Translations under genes and position numbers: made by a program | DNA from: the human T2T-CHM13v2.0 reference genome, Homo sapiens | Strand: one strand, 5' to 3' | Assembly: GCF_009914755.1 (NCBI RefSeq) | Contig: NC_060925.1 | DNA length: 64,000 bases | The notes under the pieces: generated by a model | Database searches by the model: none | What the model was told of the DNA's origin: nothing | Seen by the model: the letters and a program-made list of their open reading frames with translations, nothing else | Shown here: piece by piece, positions 47,113-61,451 of the stretch | How positions within the stretch are numbered: the stretch's first letter is position 1 | How the letters are laid out: each line of letters opens with the position of its first letter

Positions 47113-47327
47113 AAGTTTCGCTGTTATTATAATATTGGATGTTATTGTTGTTACTATTGTTGTCATTATCATCATAATCTTCTCAGTAAGATGAAGAAAG
47201 TTCATTTGGCCAGAACAAAACATTTAGAGACAAGGAAAGTGGCAAGAAAATGAGGCTAGAAAGGTAAGCTAGACCTAGGTCATGTAGAACTTAACAGACC
47301 ACACTGAGTTTGAACCTGTTCATGAAG

Positions 47328-48362
47328 GTATTGGTCTGTGGTTTTCCTATCATATAATATCTGTATCTGGTTTTGGTATTAGGGTAATGTTTGTCTCAAA
47401 AAATTACTTAGGAAGTGTCCCCTCTCCTTCAATTTTTTTTGGAAGAGATTGCAGAGAATTGGTATCATTTCTTTCTTAAATGTTTGGTAGAATTCACCAT
47501 GAAATCATCTGGGCCTAGTGCTTTATTTTTTGGAAGGTAATTAATTATTGATTCAATTTCTTTAACAGATATAGGCCAACTTAGATTATCTATTTCTCCT
47601 TGTGTGAGCTTTCGTAGTTTGTGTCTTTCAAAGAATCAGTCCATATAATGTAAGTTATCATATTTGTAGGCAGAATTGTTCATAATACTCCTTTATTATC
47701 CTTTTAATGTCCATGGAGTTAGTAGTGGTGGCCCTTCTTTCATTTTGATATTTAAAAATAAATGTTTTATTTGTCAAATAGAGATGAGGCTTTGCTGTGT
47801 TGCCCAGGCTGGTCTCAAGTTCCTGCATTCAAGTGATACTCCTGCCTCAGCCTCCCAAAGTGCTGGGATTATAGATGTGAGCCATTGTGCCTGGCCACAT
47901 TTTTTATATTATTAATATTTGTCTTCTCTATTTATTAGTTAGCCTGGCTAGAGGTTTATCTATTTTATTCATCTTTTCAAAGAATGAACTTTTGATTTCA
48001 TTGATTTTTCTCTATTGTTTTCTTGTTTTCAATCCCATTGATTAATACTCTCATTTTTACTATTTCTTTGCTTCTGCTTGCTTTAGGCTTATAATGTTCT
48101 TCTTTCTCTAGTTTCCTAAGGTGAAAGCTTAGATTACTGATTTTATATTTTTCTTCCTTTATAATATATGCATGTAATGCTACAAGTTTTCTGCTATGTT
48201 GTATCCTATAAATTTTGTAAGTTGTATTTCATTTTCATTTAGTTCAAAATATTTTTAATTTATTGAGACCTCCTTTTTGACTCATGTATTATTTAGAAGT
48301 GTGTTGTTTATCCCAAATATTTAGAATTTTCCATCTCTCTTTTTCTTACTGATTTATGGTTT
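47328..48362 (-). mobile_element. L1M ORF2 remnant with FLAM monomer (~47775-47896)
   Basis: ggttttggtattagggtaatg...tttggtagaattcaccatgaaatcatctgggcct, antisense L1 ORF2 text. Confidence 0.8.
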
Positions 48363-48791
48363 CATAATATCAGTTTAAACAGTTGTATGACATTGTTACA
48401 TAGATATATCATACTTTATGTAATACTTACATCTTTTAGACTTTTTTGCTATTATAAAACTGTAATAAATATCTCTATACATAAGACTTTGCAACTGCAA
48501 TGAAGTATGATGAAGTGTGGTAAGTGTTATACTAAAGGAGGTTTAGGTTGCCATGATAGTACATAACACGGATATCTATGGAGTGAGGGAGCTTAAGAAA
48601 GACTTCCTCAAAGAAAGTGGTTTAAGTTGAGAATGAAGTAGTTGGTATCAAGAAGCTAAATAGACAATAGTATGGAGGACCACTTTGAGGAAGTGAAAAA
48701 GTTCATTGGCTGAAAGAAAATGAGGTTAGGGACAGTGGTGAGAAAATGAGATAAGGAGGTGACGTAGGCCTAGCTCATGCAGAACCTTAGA

Positions 48792-49149
48792 TTTTGTTTG
48801 TTTGTTTGTTCGTTTGTTTAGAGTCAGGGATCTTGCTCTGTTGCCCAGGCTGGAATACAGTGGCACAATCATGACTCACTGCAGCCCTGAACTCCTGGGC
48901 TCAGATGATCCTCCTGCCTCCACCTACTGAGTAGCTAGGACTATAGGCATACCCAACATGCCCAGCTAATTAAAAAAAAAATTTAGAGACAGGATCTCCC
49001 TATGTTGCTCAAGTTGTTTTAGAACTCCTGGCCTCAGGTGATCCTCCAGCCTCAGACTCCCAAAGTGTTAGGAGATGTGAGCCATAGTGCCACAGATCCT
49101 CATGAGCCACGGTGCCCAGCTCTTGTGAGCCACAGTGCCCATTTCTCAT
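48792..49149 (-). mobile_element. AluJ with a triplicated 5' junction
   Basis: TSD ctcatgcagaa; three ~24-bp units starting tgagcca at 49078, 49103 and 49126. Confidence 0.85.
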
Positions 49150-49496
49150 GCAGAATATATCAAGCCATGGTGAACAGTTTGGACTTTACCTTAAGAGTAT
49201 GGGGTTCCTGAATCAAGGAACAGAAAAAATATATATATAAGAAAGAGTAATGGGGAGCCACTATAGGATTTTAAGCAGAGGAAGTTATATGATTAGTTTG
49301 CAATTTAGAAAGAACACTCTGACTACTAAAAGAGGCTCAGGCTGCAGAGAATGCAGGGAGTCTTATCAGTACACCAATTTCTTAATTTTATTCATTGGCA
49401 GACCTGGTTTGTTAGTCTTTTATTTTTCAAACTCTATATCAATTAACTTCTCGCATATTCTTGAGTTGCTCTTTTAATTTTGACTTCCAAATTTGC

Positions 49497-49947
<451 letters not shown>

Positions 49948-50346
49948 TAATAGCAGGTATACAGTGAATTAGATGAAGGAGAGATGAAAGAGAGGATATT
50001 GCTGTAGAAGTGGATGTGAATGGTAGAAAATTAGCTATAGCAGTCCTTGGAGAGTCTGCACTTACATCCAAGAAACATAAGGAGAAGAACGAGAGGTGGA
50101 GGGATGTGAGCCCATGTCTCAAATATAATTGTCCCCCAATAACCTGTTGATTTCTCAGAATACTGAAGTTAGAGAAAACAAACTTAATTGTCTAATGTCA
50201 GGATTTTACTGCCCTAGCATGCAGGTGAGACTTTTGCCCACCAGTACTATTTCATTATCATCATCACAGTCTTCAAGATGAATCTCCTAAGTCCAGAGAA
50301 CCTTGGTCTGAAATCCTCAGAAAACTCTTTTCACAAACTTTATTCT

Positions 50347-50759
50347 ATTACTGAAATACCAGGGGTTTGGTCTAGGTCCCATTGCTTAGTGCACAGAAAG
50401 CCAATTACTGAGACAATGAGTATTGCCAGGGAAAAAGGCTTTATTAGGGTGCCGCAGTTGAGGAGAATGGGAGATCAGTCTCAAATCTATCTCCCTGACC
50501 AACTAAAATTTGGGGGGTTATAGCAGGGAAGGAATGTAAAACAGGAATTAGTGAGGGGTAAGGAACCAATCATGAGGAATGAGGCATCTCATTTTCTGTA
50601 TGCTACGATCTGGTGAATTTTAGTTTCTTGCCTGAGGGTCAGTCTCCTGAGGGAGGAACTCAGATATAAATTTCAAGTTTTAAGACTGGGAGGGTACATT
50701 TCTACATTTGTTTAAAAAACTGTAAGTGTAATTTCTATGGGACAGTTGGGCTGGTTTCA
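50347..50759 (-). mobile_element. ERV1-class solo LTR (subfamily uncertain)
   Basis: Reverse complement begins TGAAACCAGCCCAACTGTCCCATAG; minus-strand AATAAA (ggctttatt) near its 3' end. Confidence 0.65.
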
Positions 50760-50789
50760 TGATGAGACTGAAAGAGTGCTAATGGCCCT

Positions 50790-51342
50790 TGTAGGGGTGG
50801 AGGGAAAATTTCCCCTCCCCTTCTGAAGGTTTTCTGAAAAGTCAACTGACAAAAGACAGATTAATAGGAGAAAAAGCAAACACAATTTTATTAACGTGGG
50901 GTGGGGAAAATCAAGTGTGATGACCCAGTGTCTAAGTGTGTTGCAGAAGCTTATATACCCATTTCCAGGGGAGAGGGAGATGAGGAATGTAGAGAATTCC
51001 AAGGGACAGTAACTCATTAGGGAGAGTGAAGGGACCCTGGAGACAAAAATTAATTCATAAATTATTTACCTGGGAATTTGAATGAGTTTAAGAGATAGCC
51101 ATTGTCTTGTGAAAAGGTCTGTGGAGGTGTTGTTATATTCCTCAATCTTCTTTTCTGAAGATCCATAAATAATGCAGTTTCAGGGAGGGGATGGGTATAA
51201 TTGTTCTCCTTGGTAAGTCCAGTCTTCACGCAGATAAGAGAAAAGCCTCTTCTAGCATCTGCTGATCTCTAAGGGCCTTTCATTCAAAATATTTAGTATA
51301 CCAGGATACCATATTTGAGGTAAAATTCTGTGAGTTCCTTTA
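50790..51342 (-). mobile_element. MER34-like ERV1 solo LTR
   Basis: 4-bp TSD ccct (50786-50789 / 51343-51346); family assigned from memory. Confidence 0.65.
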
Positions 51343-51797
51343 CCCTCTTTTGGAAAATGGTAAATTTTCTCATAAAATGCAGGCTCATTTATGATTCATT
51401 TATAGCAGTGTTAATGTGTGCTTATTATTATCAATAGTGCTTGTAACTAACATTACCTTGAACCCAGAAGATGAAGGGCTCAACTCGTAAAGCAGTAAGG
51501 AAGAAAGAATATGGGATTCAGGATTCGAGCCCTACCTCCACTTTGTCTTAACTGTTCTCTCTACCACAACTTCCTCATCTCTGAAATAAGGACAACTACT
51601 TTTTCCTCATAGGGTCATTTTGATGAGTGAGTGAGAGAAGTAAGGAAAGCTTCTATCACAAAAGAGGTTCCCTGTGTTGGTCCCTTTAGCTTATAGACAC
51701 ATACCCTACTTCATTGAACCAAAAAAAAAAAAAATCCCTTGTGATGCCATAAAAATTTTAGGTCTGAATTTCATTTGCAATTCATGGTGTGATTTAA

Positions 51798-51989
<192 letters not shown>

Positions 51990-52359
51990 TAAATAGACAT
52001 GCTTCTCAGTTTTCCTATTCCCATTAGTAACAGCTAATTATTATTGAGTGCCTAGCACTTTACTAAACCTAATCCTTTAGTCAGGGTTCAGTCAGGAAAG
52101 TAGAATCTACTCTAGGTATTTCAAGCAAGAAGAGATTTAACACAGGGAATAAGAGCTTACAAAACAGTTGGAAGGGACCAGGGGAGAGTAGAGTCAGAAA
52201 GGACTGCTGCTAGCTTTCAATAAATCCAGAAGTTCAGAAATCACAGAGAAGCCACCTCCTGCAGCGTCAAAGTGGAGAATTTGCAGGAACTGTCCTGAAG
52301 CTCCTACAAATGTCTCATCTGTTGTCTGCCCTTTTATCCATCTGCTAGTGCTAAAGAAC

Positions 52360-55300
52360 TGTTGGGGGGAAAGACAAACAAACCTGTTTCTTCTTTCTAT
52401 ACTCGTACCACTCTGAATACTTCACTTCTGATATAGTTTGGATGATTCTCCTCTCCAAATCTCTTGCTGAAATGTAATCCCCATCATTGGAGGTGGGGCT
52501 TAACAGGAGGTGGTTTTGTCATGGGGGTGGGTCCCTCATAAATGGCTTGATGCTGTCCTCACGATAATGAATTATTGCGAGATCTAGATGTTTAAAAGTG
52601 TGTGGCACCTCTCCGCTCTCTCTTGCTCCCACTATCACCGTGTGACATGTCTGCTCCCATTTCACCTACCACCATGATTGTTAGCTTCCTGAGTCCCTCA
52701 CCAGAAGCTGACCAGATGCCGATACCATGCTTCCTGTATAGTCTGCATATCTGTAAGCCAATTAAACTTCTTTTCTTTATAAATTACCCAGTCTCGGGTA
52801 TTTCTTTATAGCAGTGCAAGAACAGCTTGACACAGAAAATTGGTACCAAGAAGCGGAGCGTTACTAAAAAAGATACCTGAAAATGTGGAAGCAAGTTTGG
52901 AACTGGGTAACAGGCAGAGATTGGAAGAGTTTGGAGGGCTCAGAAGAAGGCAGGAGGACCAGGAGCAGTGGCTCACAACTGTAATCCCAGCGCTTGAGAG
53001 GCTGAGGTAGGAGGATTGCTTGAGGCCAGGAGTTCAAGACCAGCCTGGGCAACATAGTGAGCCCTTGTCTCAACAAAAAAATAATTAGCCAGATATGGTG
53101 GCATGGACCTGTAGTACCAGCTACTCAGGAGGCTGAGGTGGGAAGATCACTTGAGCTGGGAGGTCGGGGTTGCAATGAGCCATGATCATGCCACTACACT
53201 ACAGCCTAGGTGACACAGCGAGACTCTGTCTCAAAAAAAAAAAGAGGATGAAAGTTTGTAACTTCTTAGAGACTGGTTAAATTGTTATGACCAAAATACT
53301 GATAGAAATATGGACAGTGAAGGCCAGCCTAGTGAGGTCTCAGATGGAAATAAGGAAGTTATTGGGAACTGGAATAAACGTCACTCATGTTACACCCTAG
53401 CAAAGAACTCCTGCATTGTGTTCATGTACCAAGGATCTGTGGAAGTTTGAATTTAAGAGTGGTAATTTAGGGTCTCTGGCAGAAGAAATTTCTAAGCAGC
53501 AAAGCATTCAAGATGTGGCCTGACTCCTTGTAACAACCTGTGATCAGATATGGGAGCAAAGGAATGACTTAAAGTTGGAACTTATATTCAAAAGGGAAGC
53601 AGAGCATAAAAATTCAGCAAATTTGCAGCCTGGCCATGTGGCAGAGAAAGAATCCCAGCAGGGTATGGAGCAACTACTTGCTAGAGAAACTAGCATGACT
53701 AAATGGGAGCCAAGTGCTAGTATCCAAGACAATGGGAAAAGGCCTCAAAGGCAATCTCAGAGAACTTGGAGACAGCCCCTACCATCACAGGTCCACAGAC
53801 GTAGGAGGAAAGAATGGTTTAGGGGGCCAAGCACTGGGTACCACTGCTCTGCTCAGCCTCAGGACACTGCTCCCTGAATCCCAGCTACTACAGCTCCAGC
53901 TGTGGCTCAAAGGACCCCAGATACAGCTCAGGCTGCCTGTCCAGAGGATGCAAGCCATAAGCCTTGGTGGCTTCCATGTGGTACTAAACCTGTGGGCACA
54001 TAGAATGCAAGAGTGAAGGAGGCTTGGCAGCTCCCACAAAGATTTCAGATGATGTGAGAGATAGCCTGGGTGCCCAGGCAGAACCCTGCCACAGGGGCAG
54101 AGCCCTCACAGAGAAGTTCTAATAGGGCAATGCTGAGGGGAAATGTGGGGTTGGAAGCCTCACACAGAGTCCCCACTGGGGCACTGCCTAGTGGAGCTAT
54201 AAGAAGTGGGCCACTGCCCTCCAGACTCCAGAATGGTAGATCCACAGGCAGCTTGCATCCTGTACCTGGGAAAGCCTCAGACACCCAGCTCCAACCAGTG
54301 AGATCAGCCACAGGGGCTGCTGCCTGCAAAGCCACAGGAGAAGAGCTACCCAAGGCCTTGGGAGCCTACGCATTGCACCATTGTGCCCTGGATGTGGGAC
54401 ATGGAGTCAAGGGAGAGTATTTTGGAGCTTTAAGATTTAATGACTGCCCTGCTGAGATTTAGACTTGCATGGGGCCTATTGACTCTTTCTTTTGGCTAAT
54501 TTCTCCCTTTTGGAATTGTGATGTTTACCTAATGCCTGTACTACCACTGTATCTTGGGAGTAAATGACTTATTTTGATTTTTACAGGCTCATAAGTGGAA
54601 GGAGATAAGTCTCAGAAGAGACTTAGGACTTTGGACTTGATGCTGGAATGAGTTAAGACTTTTGGGGACTATTGGTAGGGAATGATTGTATCTTGTAGTG
54701 TGAGAAAGACATGCAATTTGAGGGGTCATGGGTGGAATGATACGGTTTGGTTCTTTATCCCCTCCAAATCTCATCTTGAAATGTAATCCCCGTTGTTGGA
54801 GGTTGGGTCTGAGGGGAGTGTGTTTGGGTCATTGGAGTGCATCCCTCATTAATGGCCTGGTGCTGTCCTCATAATAGTGAGTGTGCTCTTCATGAGATCT
54901 GGTTGTTTGAAAGTATGTAGCCAGGCATGGTAGCTCATGCCTGTAATCCCGGCAGTTTGGGAGGCCAAGGCATTTGAGCTTGACCTTGAACTTGAGCTCA
55001 GGAGTTTGAGACCAGCCTTGGCAACATGGAGAAATCCATCTGTACAAAAAAATACAAAAATTAATTGGATGTGTTGGCATACACCTGTAGTCTCAGCTAT
55101 TCAGGAGGCTGAGGTGGGGAAGATGGCTTGAACCTGGGAGGCGGAATTTGCAGTGAGCTGAGATCACGCCATTGCACTCCAGCCTGGACAACAAAGCCAG
55201 ACCCTGTCTCAAAAAATAAATAAATAAATAAAACTTAAAATATAAATAAATAAAGTATATGACACCTCTCCCCATTCTCTTGCTCCTCTCACCATATGAC

Positions 55301-56292
55301 ATGTCTGCTCCCACTTCACCTACCATCATGATTGTGAGCTTCCTGAGGCCCTCACCAGAAGCTGAGCAGATGCTGGCACCACGCTTTCTGTATAGCCGGC
55401 AGAACCATGAGCCAATTAAACTTCTTTTCTCTATAAATTACCCAGTCTCAGGTATTCCTTTATAGCAATGCAAAAATGGCCAAATACAACTTCTGACACC
55501 AGTTATGTGAGTTTTTCCCCATACTAAGCAATTCTCCAATTCTTTGTGGACACCAACTGGATGTACAAAAATGTAAGTCAGTCTGACACTATCTACCTGA
55601 AGATAGCATCAGATCCCATGAGTTAAGCTCTCAGTCCCACAATACTGCCCCCATTCGAGATGCCAATTGCAAGTCCAGGTTTTTGCTTATGCTTCTGACC
55701 AACCAGTTATAAATCAGAGGTCCCCACAACCCTCTCCTTGGGTTTGATCTTTTTGTAGGATGGCTCACAGAATTCAGGAAAACAGTTTGCTTACTGGATT
55801 ACTGGCTGATTATAAAAGGACACAACTCAGGAACAGCCAGATGGAAGAGATGCATAGGGCAAGGCATGTGGAAAGGGATGTGGAACTTCCATGACCTCTG
55901 ATCACACCACCCTCCCAGGACCTCCACATATTCAGCAACCTAGAAGCTCCCTAAACCCTGTCCTTTTGGGGATTTATGAAGACTTCATTATGTAGGCATG
56001 ATTGGTTAAATCATTAACTGTTAGTGATTAACTCAACCTTTAGTCCCTCTCCCTTCCTGGGAAGTCTGGATGAGCCTGAAAGTTCCAACCCTCTAATCAT
56101 ATAATGGTACCCCTGGCAACTTGCCTACATCCTGAGGCTGCCCCAGAGTCTCCCCACCCCTCTGCCATCAGTCTTCTCATTAGTTTACAAAAAAGACACT
56201 TACCACTTCGGAGATTCCAAGAGTTTTAGGAGCAGCGTGCCAGGAAATAGGACAAAGATCAAAATATGTATGTATTATACCACAGTAACACA
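52360..56292. mobile_element. MER21-type LTR split by the MST provirus, itself inside an older MaLR-like LTR (~52078-56420)
   Basis: ttcacttc|tgacacc is continuous across the provirus; tcagatcccatgagttaag...tcagtcccacaatactgcccc is MER21-like text. Confidence 0.65.
52429..55488 (+). mobile_element. Full-length MST (ERVL-MaLR) element: LTR 52429-52834, internal 52835-54737, LTR 54738-55488; Alus at ~52957-53243 and ~54920-55250
   Basis: Both LTRs are TG...CA and mutually similar (ccaattaaacttctttt...ataaattacccagtctc.ggtatt); gaaaattggtacc after the 5' LTR; purine tract before the 3' LTR; perfect 5-bp TSD acttc (52424-52428 / 55489-55493). Confidence 0.93.
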
Positions 56293-56722
56293 AGAAAAAT
56301 GACTTTTCCTTCCCTTATGCTTTCCAAATTGTGTGCAAGTTCCTCTCATCTGCAGAAACTACACTTGATCCCTGCTAGCAGGGAAGTCTGGAAAATGCAG
56401 TTTTCAGGCTTCCAAGCTCATGGCCCAGGGGAAAGCTTAGAAGAGTGGGGTCATGTTGAGTTCTAGCACAGTCCACTTGGGATACTCAGCATCCATCCAA
56501 ATGCTTTTACCTTGTGGCTTAACTTCTAAACTACAAGAAGAATATCATGCTTCCACTGAATATGATGCACTATAATTCATATAAATAAAGACACACTGTC
56601 TCCATAAAAATAAAGAATACTCAAAGTCCAATCAGTATCTATGATTATTTTGGGGTGATGTTCATTTTACTTCAGTCTCAATCCACATGCGTGGATATAC
56701 TATAACATTAAAACTTAATTAT

Positions 56723-57205
56723 AGGCCAGGTGTGGTGGCTCACGACTGTGATCCCAACGATTTAGGAGGCTGAAGTGGGAGGATTGCTTGAGCTCAGGAG
56801 TTCGAGACCAGCCTTGGCAACATAGCAAGACCCTGTCTCTACAAAACAAAATTTTTTTTAATTAGCTGGGCCTGATGGTGTGCACCTGCAGCTCTAGCTA
56901 CATGGGAGGCTGAGGTGGGAGGATTGCTTGAGCCCAGGAGGTCAAGGCTTCAGTGAGCTGTGTTTGTGTCACTGCACTGCAGCCTGGGTGACAGAGTGAG
57001 ACCTCAAGTGAAAAAAGAAAAAGCTTAATTAGAAGCCAGGAACTTATAATTAAGCAAGTGCCTATAGTACTAGCTGCTTAGAAGCCTGAGGCAGAAGGAT
57101 TGCTTGTGGCCAGAAGTTCAAGGCTCAGTATGCTATGATTGCATATGTGAATAGCCCCTGTATTCCTGTCTGGGCAACATAGCCAGACCTCATTTCTTAA
57201 ATTAA
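56723..57205 (+). mobile_element. AluJ (56723-57022) followed by a FAM monomer (~57033-57205)
   Basis: Alu TSD aaa(a/g)cttaatta; FAM-type tgtgaatagcccctg segment. Confidence 0.85.
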
Positions 57206-57676
57206 AACATCATGGTCTTCTGCTCTGAATAAAATAAAAAAGAAATGAAAATTTTAAAAATTAAAACAAAAAATTATAAAGTTAACTACCAGTAATACAA
57301 TAGCATGCATTTTGCTAATGGGTATTGGCCTAAGAAGCCACTCCCAATTTCATCTCTTGGTCCCTTTTCATGTATTCTGGCTAGGGGAGAAATAATATCA
57401 TATATCAATCACAGTTAAAAGTTTATACATCATCTTGTAAGACAACACTTCAAACCTATGAAGTGTTGTCACCTGGCCAGCATCATAGCTAAGTCTTCCG
57501 TAGGTAATTTCGCTGTTTTTTTTTTTCAGATTGGTTTTTCTGCATGATAGGATATACGGTAGAACCAATGAGTCATATGATTATATGAGCCATTGTTTCA
57601 CTTTTCTTGCTATAAAGTGATTTTCTTGGTCAGAAGCAATATTTTTTTTTATTACTACAAGTCTAGATCCGAGTTA

Positions 57677-58106
<430 letters not shown>

Positions 58107-59453
58107 CTAGTCCACTGAGAGCAAATTGTCATTCTATCCACGATACTGATGATAGAAAGGTAATGAACCTGCTACCAGGTTGCTTGCTGGTTCTCCCAGG
58201 AGATGGTGCCATATTACTTGCTCAGCATTTATATTGGGATCTTGGGGTTTGGCAAATTAAGTGGATTAGCCTTAGTGACTCCCTGAAAAATATATATTCC
58301 TGCTATCATGCACCTTGTCCATGAGCCCTCTAAGCAGGCAAATGGGTGCTAGAAAGAGGCTAAATGACATGTACAGAAAGCACTATTTGTTCCGTCTGAT
58401 TATTGAGAGATGCCTCTGGTGCGAATGCAAAAACATGTGAAACAGACTTCTACGTTCTGATCCAGCATGTAAGAAGCTTGGAAGTTGTCACTGTGTCCTG
58501 ACAACAAGTGAAATGCCAAACAAACTGAAAAATCAACACATTTCCCTAGATCCTTCAGAGAAGAGAGGTCACAGTCCAAACCGCTACCCCGAAAATTAGA
58601 GATACCTATAGACAAATACAGATAATCACAACTTACTGGAGCAAAACCTTCATGAGGACCAGTGCCCAGGTATGGAAACCTGAACTGTAAATGATGAATT
58701 GCTGGAGGCTCAGTGTATCAAGTCTGAGAGAGAGAAACTCCAGAGGGACCCAGTCATTAGGGGACTTAGACACATTTGTGAGTTTTACCTCCTGTAGCAT
58801 ACCAGGTTCTTGTGAATATCTGAGAAAAATCCCCTTTTGCTTCCAGAACGGGGAGAAAAGGGGAACATTTGAAACTTCCTAACAGGGTCTGCCGGCAGGA
58901 GAAACTATTTAACCAGAGCCTAAGCTGTTGGGGTTTTGTCAGAGTCTAACAGACCTAGCGGAATAGAAATATCCAACTCCAGCCAACTCTAGCCATCTCG
59001 TCCCACAAAAGGGAGGTGGGTGGAGAAAAAAAAAACTAGCACGTGTGAAATTTACAGTCCAGGGGCACAGGCTTACTAAAAGACTGTACCTAATCATAGA
59101 GCTATAGAATGCCACCCATCCACCCCAACACTTCACCACCACATCACTAACGGCCCATTTAACAGCAGTTTCCTCTACTCACTGCATCATGTTTCGCTAT
59201 CAAGAAAAAATTACAAGACACGCTAAAAGGCAAAAAAACAAACAAACAAACAAACAAAAACAGTTTGAACAGACAGAGCAAGCATTAGAACCAGGCTCAG
59301 ATACAGCAGGAATATTGAAATTATCAGACCAGAAATTGAAAATAACTGTGATTAATGTGCTAAGGGCTCTAAGGAATAAAGTAGACCACATGCAGGAAGA
59401 GATGGGCAATGCAAGCAGAGAGAGGGAAATCCTAAGAAAGAACCACATAGAAA

Positions 59454-59507
59454 TTCCGTTACAGTGTTTTTGATTTTTAAGTAAAGATCAAAAACACTGT
59501 AACAGAA
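59454..59507. repeat. Inverted repeat, 26-bp arms (24/26 paired), 2-nt loop
   Basis: ttccgttacagtgtttttgattttta-ag-taaagatcaaaaacactgtaacagaa. Confidence 0.93.
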
Positions 59508-60188
59508 ATGAATACCTTGGTGGGCTTATTAATAGACTGCATACAACTGAGGAAAGAGCTCTGTCCTTGAGGACATCTGAATAGAAATCTACAAAACTGA
59601 AAAGCAAACAAAAAAATACTAAAACAAAAACAACAGAATATCTAAGATCTGTGGGATAAATGTAAGGGGTATGATAGATACATATAGATACATATGGGAA
59701 ATAACCAAAGGAGAAGAAATAGAGAAAGGAACAGAAGACATATTTGAAATAATAATCATGATTGAGAATTTCCTGAGATTAATGACAGACACCAAACCAG
59801 AGATCCAGGAAGCTCAGAGAACATCAAGCAGGATAAATGCCCAAAAAACTACATCTAGGCATAAAATTTTCAAATGACAGAAAATCAAAGAGAAAGAAAA
59901 ATCCTGAAAGAGGAAAAAATAAACAACCTTACTCAGAGAGGAACAAAGATAAGAATTACTTCCAGCTTTTCTTCAGAAACCATGAAAGCAAGAGAAGAGT
60001 GGAGTGAAATATTTAAAGTGTTGAGGCCGGGCACAGTGGTTCACACCTGTAATCCCAGCACTTTGAGAAGCCAAGACAGAAAGATCACTTGAGATCAGCC
60101 TGGGCAACATGGTGAAACCCCATCCCTACAAAAAAAAAAAGTTTTTTAATTAGCTGGGTATGGTGGTGCACACCTGTGGTCCCAGCTG

Positions 60189-60255
60189 AGTGGCCCTAGA
60201 GTTTATAATATACAACTAACCCAAGTCCACTTTCAAATAACACTATACCACTTCA
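60189..60255 (-). repeat. 67-bp inverted copy of 61818-61884 inserted in an Alu right arm
   Basis: Manual alignment gives 62/67 identical with no indels; Alu reads cccagct|insert|ggaggctgagg. Confidence 0.93.
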
Positions 60256-60362
60256 GGAGGCTGAGGGAGGAGGATCACTTGAGCCCAGGAGGTCTAGGCG
60301 GCAGTGAGTTGTGATCATGCCACTGCATTCCAGCCTAGGGGACAAAGCAAGAATCTGCCTTA

Positions 60363-60488
<126 letters not shown>

Positions 60489-60682
60489 CTACAAAAAATG
60501 GAAAAAAGAAAACCTTAGCCAGGTGTGGTGGAGCACCACCTGCAGTCCCAACTACTTGGGAGGTTGAGGTGGGAGGATCGCTTGAGCCCAGGAGTTCAAG
60601 GCTGCAGGAACCATGATTGTGCCACTGCATTCTGGCCTGTGAAATAAATACATAAATAGTAAAGTATTAAGAGAAAAAATTA

Positions 60683-60841
<159 letters not shown>

Positions 60842-60988
60842 TTATCTCTACAAAAAATATATATATTAGCTGGATGTGGTGGCATGCATCTCTAATTTCA
60901 GCTACTGGGGGTGGCGGTGGGGGTGGGGACTGGGAGTGGGTTAAGGTGGAAGGAATTTTTGAGCCCAGAAGGTTGAAGCTGCAATGAG

Positions 60989-61451
<463 letters not shown>

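Noticed and set aside
53544-54774. 100-130 aa ORFs in the MST internal region as gag/pol
   Set aside because: MaLR internal regions are non-autonomous; these ORFs are fragmented and show no RT or integrase motifs.
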